Shown here piece by piece: positions 61,773 to 64,000 of a stretch of 64,000 bases of DNA. Origin of the DNA: an uncultured Porphyromonadaceae bacterium. GTDB taxonomy: Bacteria > Bacteroidota > Bacteroidia > Bacteroidales > Muribaculaceae. Each line of letters starts with the position of its first letter. Positions within the stretch are counted from its first letter, which is position 1. The stretch lies in assembly GCA_902493335.1 (NCBI GenBank), contig CABUPJ010000002.1, positions 4,074 to 68,073 of the forward strand. The letters are read 5' to 3'. The notes beneath the pieces were generated by a model, which saw only the letters and a list, made by a program, of their open reading frames with translations, ran no database searches and was not told the DNA's origin. A program made the translations under genes and the position numbers.

Positions 61773-63986
61773 TCAGTTATCTAAATTATATCGCAATGTG
61801 ATACTGAAGTGACGCGGCTTGCCCTGCTGATAAAACGTGTTGCCTATCGAGACGAAGTGAAACGTAGAATAATGCGTCGATGTCAGATTGGCTCCGGCGA
61901 CCCTGATGCTCCAGTCCTTATGCTCAAGTGCCAGCGAGGCACCGAGCAGAGCATAAAATCTCTGGGATGTCGAATTGCTTTCATCCCAATAGATATTGCC
62001 GGCGCCACGGCAGTCGACGCTAACCGACGGCGTAGCGCCAAGAAGTGACACAGGCAGACGGTATGTGGCGCCCGCAAAAAGAGTGTTGGACGGAGCATAG
62101 GGAAGTCTGCGGCCAGCATAATCACCCCGGCTGTCTGAGAAGCGCGTGAATGTGGCCTTTGTATAACCATAGCTCAGGCGGAGGCTAAGATGTTCGTCCG
62201 GCAGATAAGTCGCCGACAGCTCGGCACCGCGCGAGGTGGTGCGGCCGGCGTTGGTCATGATACGGCCCGTGACCGTTCCCGGCGGGAACATCGTCAGCTG
62301 CTGATCACGGCAAAGGATGTAGAATCCGACAGCATCGACGCCGAGACGGCCGTCGAGCCACTCTGTCTTGACGCCGCCCTCGAAGTTCCAGCTCTTTTCA
62401 GGCTTATAGCTGACAATCTCTTCAAGCGGATAGCTCATCGAAAGCCCCATATACTGCATAACCCTCTGCTGCAGCACGTCGCTGAACATCTGGGTGTTAA
62501 AGCCACCCGACTTGTAAGCCTTGGCTGCCGAGACATATGCCCGCCAGCTGTCGGCGTTGTAGGCCACGCTGACTTCCGGCAGGAGCTCGGCATAAGTCTT
62601 GTCGAGACTTCCGCGGTCGTCGATGTTGACCCGGCGACGGCCGTATAGCTCGCGGGTGCCGTCAGACAGGACGTGATATGTACTGAAACCCGTGTCGCAG
62701 AAGCTATGATGGTCGAGCGAATGTTTCTCGAAATCAAACCTCAGCCCGGCCTGAAACTCCCATGGCCCAAGATTATACGTACTCTGGTGATAAAGGGCAA
62801 AAGCGCCGGTAGTCATGTCAAAATCACTGTCGAGCACAAAACTGCGGCTGTCCCACTCTATCGGATATTCGGGATTGACACTGTTGCGGTGGTCTTCGAT
62901 AAGCCGGCCGATGCCCACATCCTTGAACGTCACAGGCGCCTGCATCGATGAGCTGCGCCATAGGCCGAAGACTCCGCCGAGCCAGCTGTATGACCCGCGC
63001 GTGCCTTTGGTAAACAGGTCCTGGGTGACAGCCCACTCGCGTCGCTTCTGCGTCAGAGTGAAATAGTCAAGCGGCGTGAAATCCTGATCGAGGGTCATAT
63101 TGTCGTCGAGATACTGCACAGACGTTATCGAAGTCACCACGACACGTTTGCCGGCCCAGGCCACCGTCAGACCGTCGGAGAATGTCGTCCGGCGATAGAA
63201 ACATGTGTCGTTGTAGGCGATTTGTCCGGTCTCGGCCGAGGCATACGGATAACCGTTTTGCCGGGCAAGCGAGAGGGAGGCCACGTTGGTGAGCGAAAGC
63301 CATTTGTGAGGGCGCCAGGCAAGTTTCCACCTTGCCGCTCCGCCATGGTCACCGCCGATACGCGAGTTGTTGTACCTGTTTCTGAAAAAACCGTCAGAAC
63401 GGTAGTAACGTGCCGTCAGCGCTGTACCCCATGAAGGAGAGAAACGGTGATACCAGCCGGCTCCGGCCTTGAATGAATTGGCACTCCCGTATTCGGCTTC
63501 GAACCTCACGCCCTGCGTCGTCCATGGCGAACGGGTGTAGACGTTAATCTGACCGCCCATGGTGTTCCGTCCGTTCAAGAGCGACTGGGCGCCGCGAAGC
63601 ACCTCGATGCGCTCTATGTCAAAGACATCGAAGTCATAGGCATCCTTATTCAGCACCGGCACATTGTCGATGTTAAGGCCGACAACAGGCTGATCCATGC
63701 GCGCACCGAGACCGCGTACATACACCGACGATGTCATGCGCGAACCATAATCAGGCATATAGAAGTTAGGGGCCATTTCGCTTATATCCTTGACCGCAGA
63801 TATGCCATAGCGTCTTATCATCGACGGTGTTATCGAAGTGGTTGCCGTGATTTCAGCCGACGGCAGCTGTTTGACGCCTACGACCTCAAAGCCGGCGAGT
63901 GTGCGGTGTCTGGACGACGTGGTATCAGCCGGCTCCGACGCTCCGGCCGCGATAACCGTGAGGCCGACCGCCGCCAGCAGACACAT
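61773..63986 (-). CDS. TonB-dependent receptor (true start may lie just outside the window)
   Basis: Plug motif IEVLRGAQSLLNGRNTMGGQINV, YKSGGFN, PEKSWNFE, C-terminal GKPR.F...RY. The frame is open to the window edge. Confidence 0.9.
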   Translation of the reverse strand: MCLLAAVGLTVIAAGASEPADTTSSRHRTLAGFEVVGVKQLPSAEITATTSITPSMIRRYGISAVKDISEMAPNFYMPDYGSRMTSSVYVRGLGARMDQPVVGLNIDNVPVLNKDAYDFDVFDIERIEVLRGAQSLLNGRNTMGGQINVYTRSPWTTQGVRFEAEYGSANSFKAGAGWYHRFSPSWGTALTARYYRSDGFFRNRYNNSRIGGDHGGAARWKLAWRPHKWLSLTNVASLSLARQNGYPYASAETGQIAYNDTCFYRRTTFSDGLTVAWAGKRVVVTSITSVQYLDDNMTLDQDFTPLDYFTLTQKRREWAVTQDLFTKGTRGSYSWLGGVFGLWRSSSMQAPVTFKDVGIGRLIEDHRNSVNPEYPIEWDSRSFVLDSDFDMTTGAFALYHQSTYNLGPWEFQAGLRFDFEKHSLDHHSFCDTGFSTYHVLSDGTRELYGRRRVNIDDRGSLDKTYAELLPEVSVAYNADSWRAYVSAAKAYKSGGFNTQMFSDVLQQRVMQYMGLSMSYPLEEIVSYKPEKSWNFEGGVKTEWLDGRLGVDAVGFYILCRDQQLTMFPPGTVTGRIMTNAGRTTSRGAELSATYLPDEHLSLRLSYGYTKATFTRFSDSRGDYAGRRLPYAPSNTLFAGATYRLPVSLLGATPSVSVDCRGAGNIYWDESNSTSQRFYALLGASLALEHKDWSIRVAGANLTSTHYSTFHFVSIGNTFYQQGKPRHFSITLRYNLDN

Positions 63987-64000
63987 ATAATAATTAATAT

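Overview
Bacteroidales chromosome segment, most likely Muribaculaceae. This is inferred from TAnnTTTG promoters, the atpD-C-B-E-F-H-A-G gene order, T9SS-type C-termini and a GC-rich backbone. Left part (1-19.9 kb): housekeeping genes, namely partial lpxD, trpB2, mltG, the gadB-glsA-gadC acid-resistance/GABA operon, an alpha-2-macroglobulin with a sharply bounded low-GC internal segment, serC-serA-fumarase, sufT-like, lpxH and a candidate sRNA. Middle (20043-42958): a ~22.9 kb integrative mobilizable element inserted at the 3' end of tRNA-Ser(CGA). It has a tyrosine integrase, DUF3853, a Rep-like gene, a MobV relaxase, 17-bp att repeats and 31-bp arm-site repeats. Its cargo is a 15-gene redox/catabolic cluster divergent from an AraC regulator. 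About half of the cargo proteins carry export signals, including a T9SS-tagged flavodoxin, a T9SS-tagged DUF362, a Tat-type Fe-S flavoprotein and a TonB receptor plus DUF362 lipoprotein. The element also carries a frameshifted ISL3-family IS. Right part (43.4-60.6 kb): an 18-gene run in which the complete F1Fo ATP synthase operon sits inside a NuoEFG-less complex I operon, between nuoH and nuoI. Beyond it lie a lipoprotein gene and a TonB-dependent receptor gene. All calls come from reading motifs by eye; no database searches were run.
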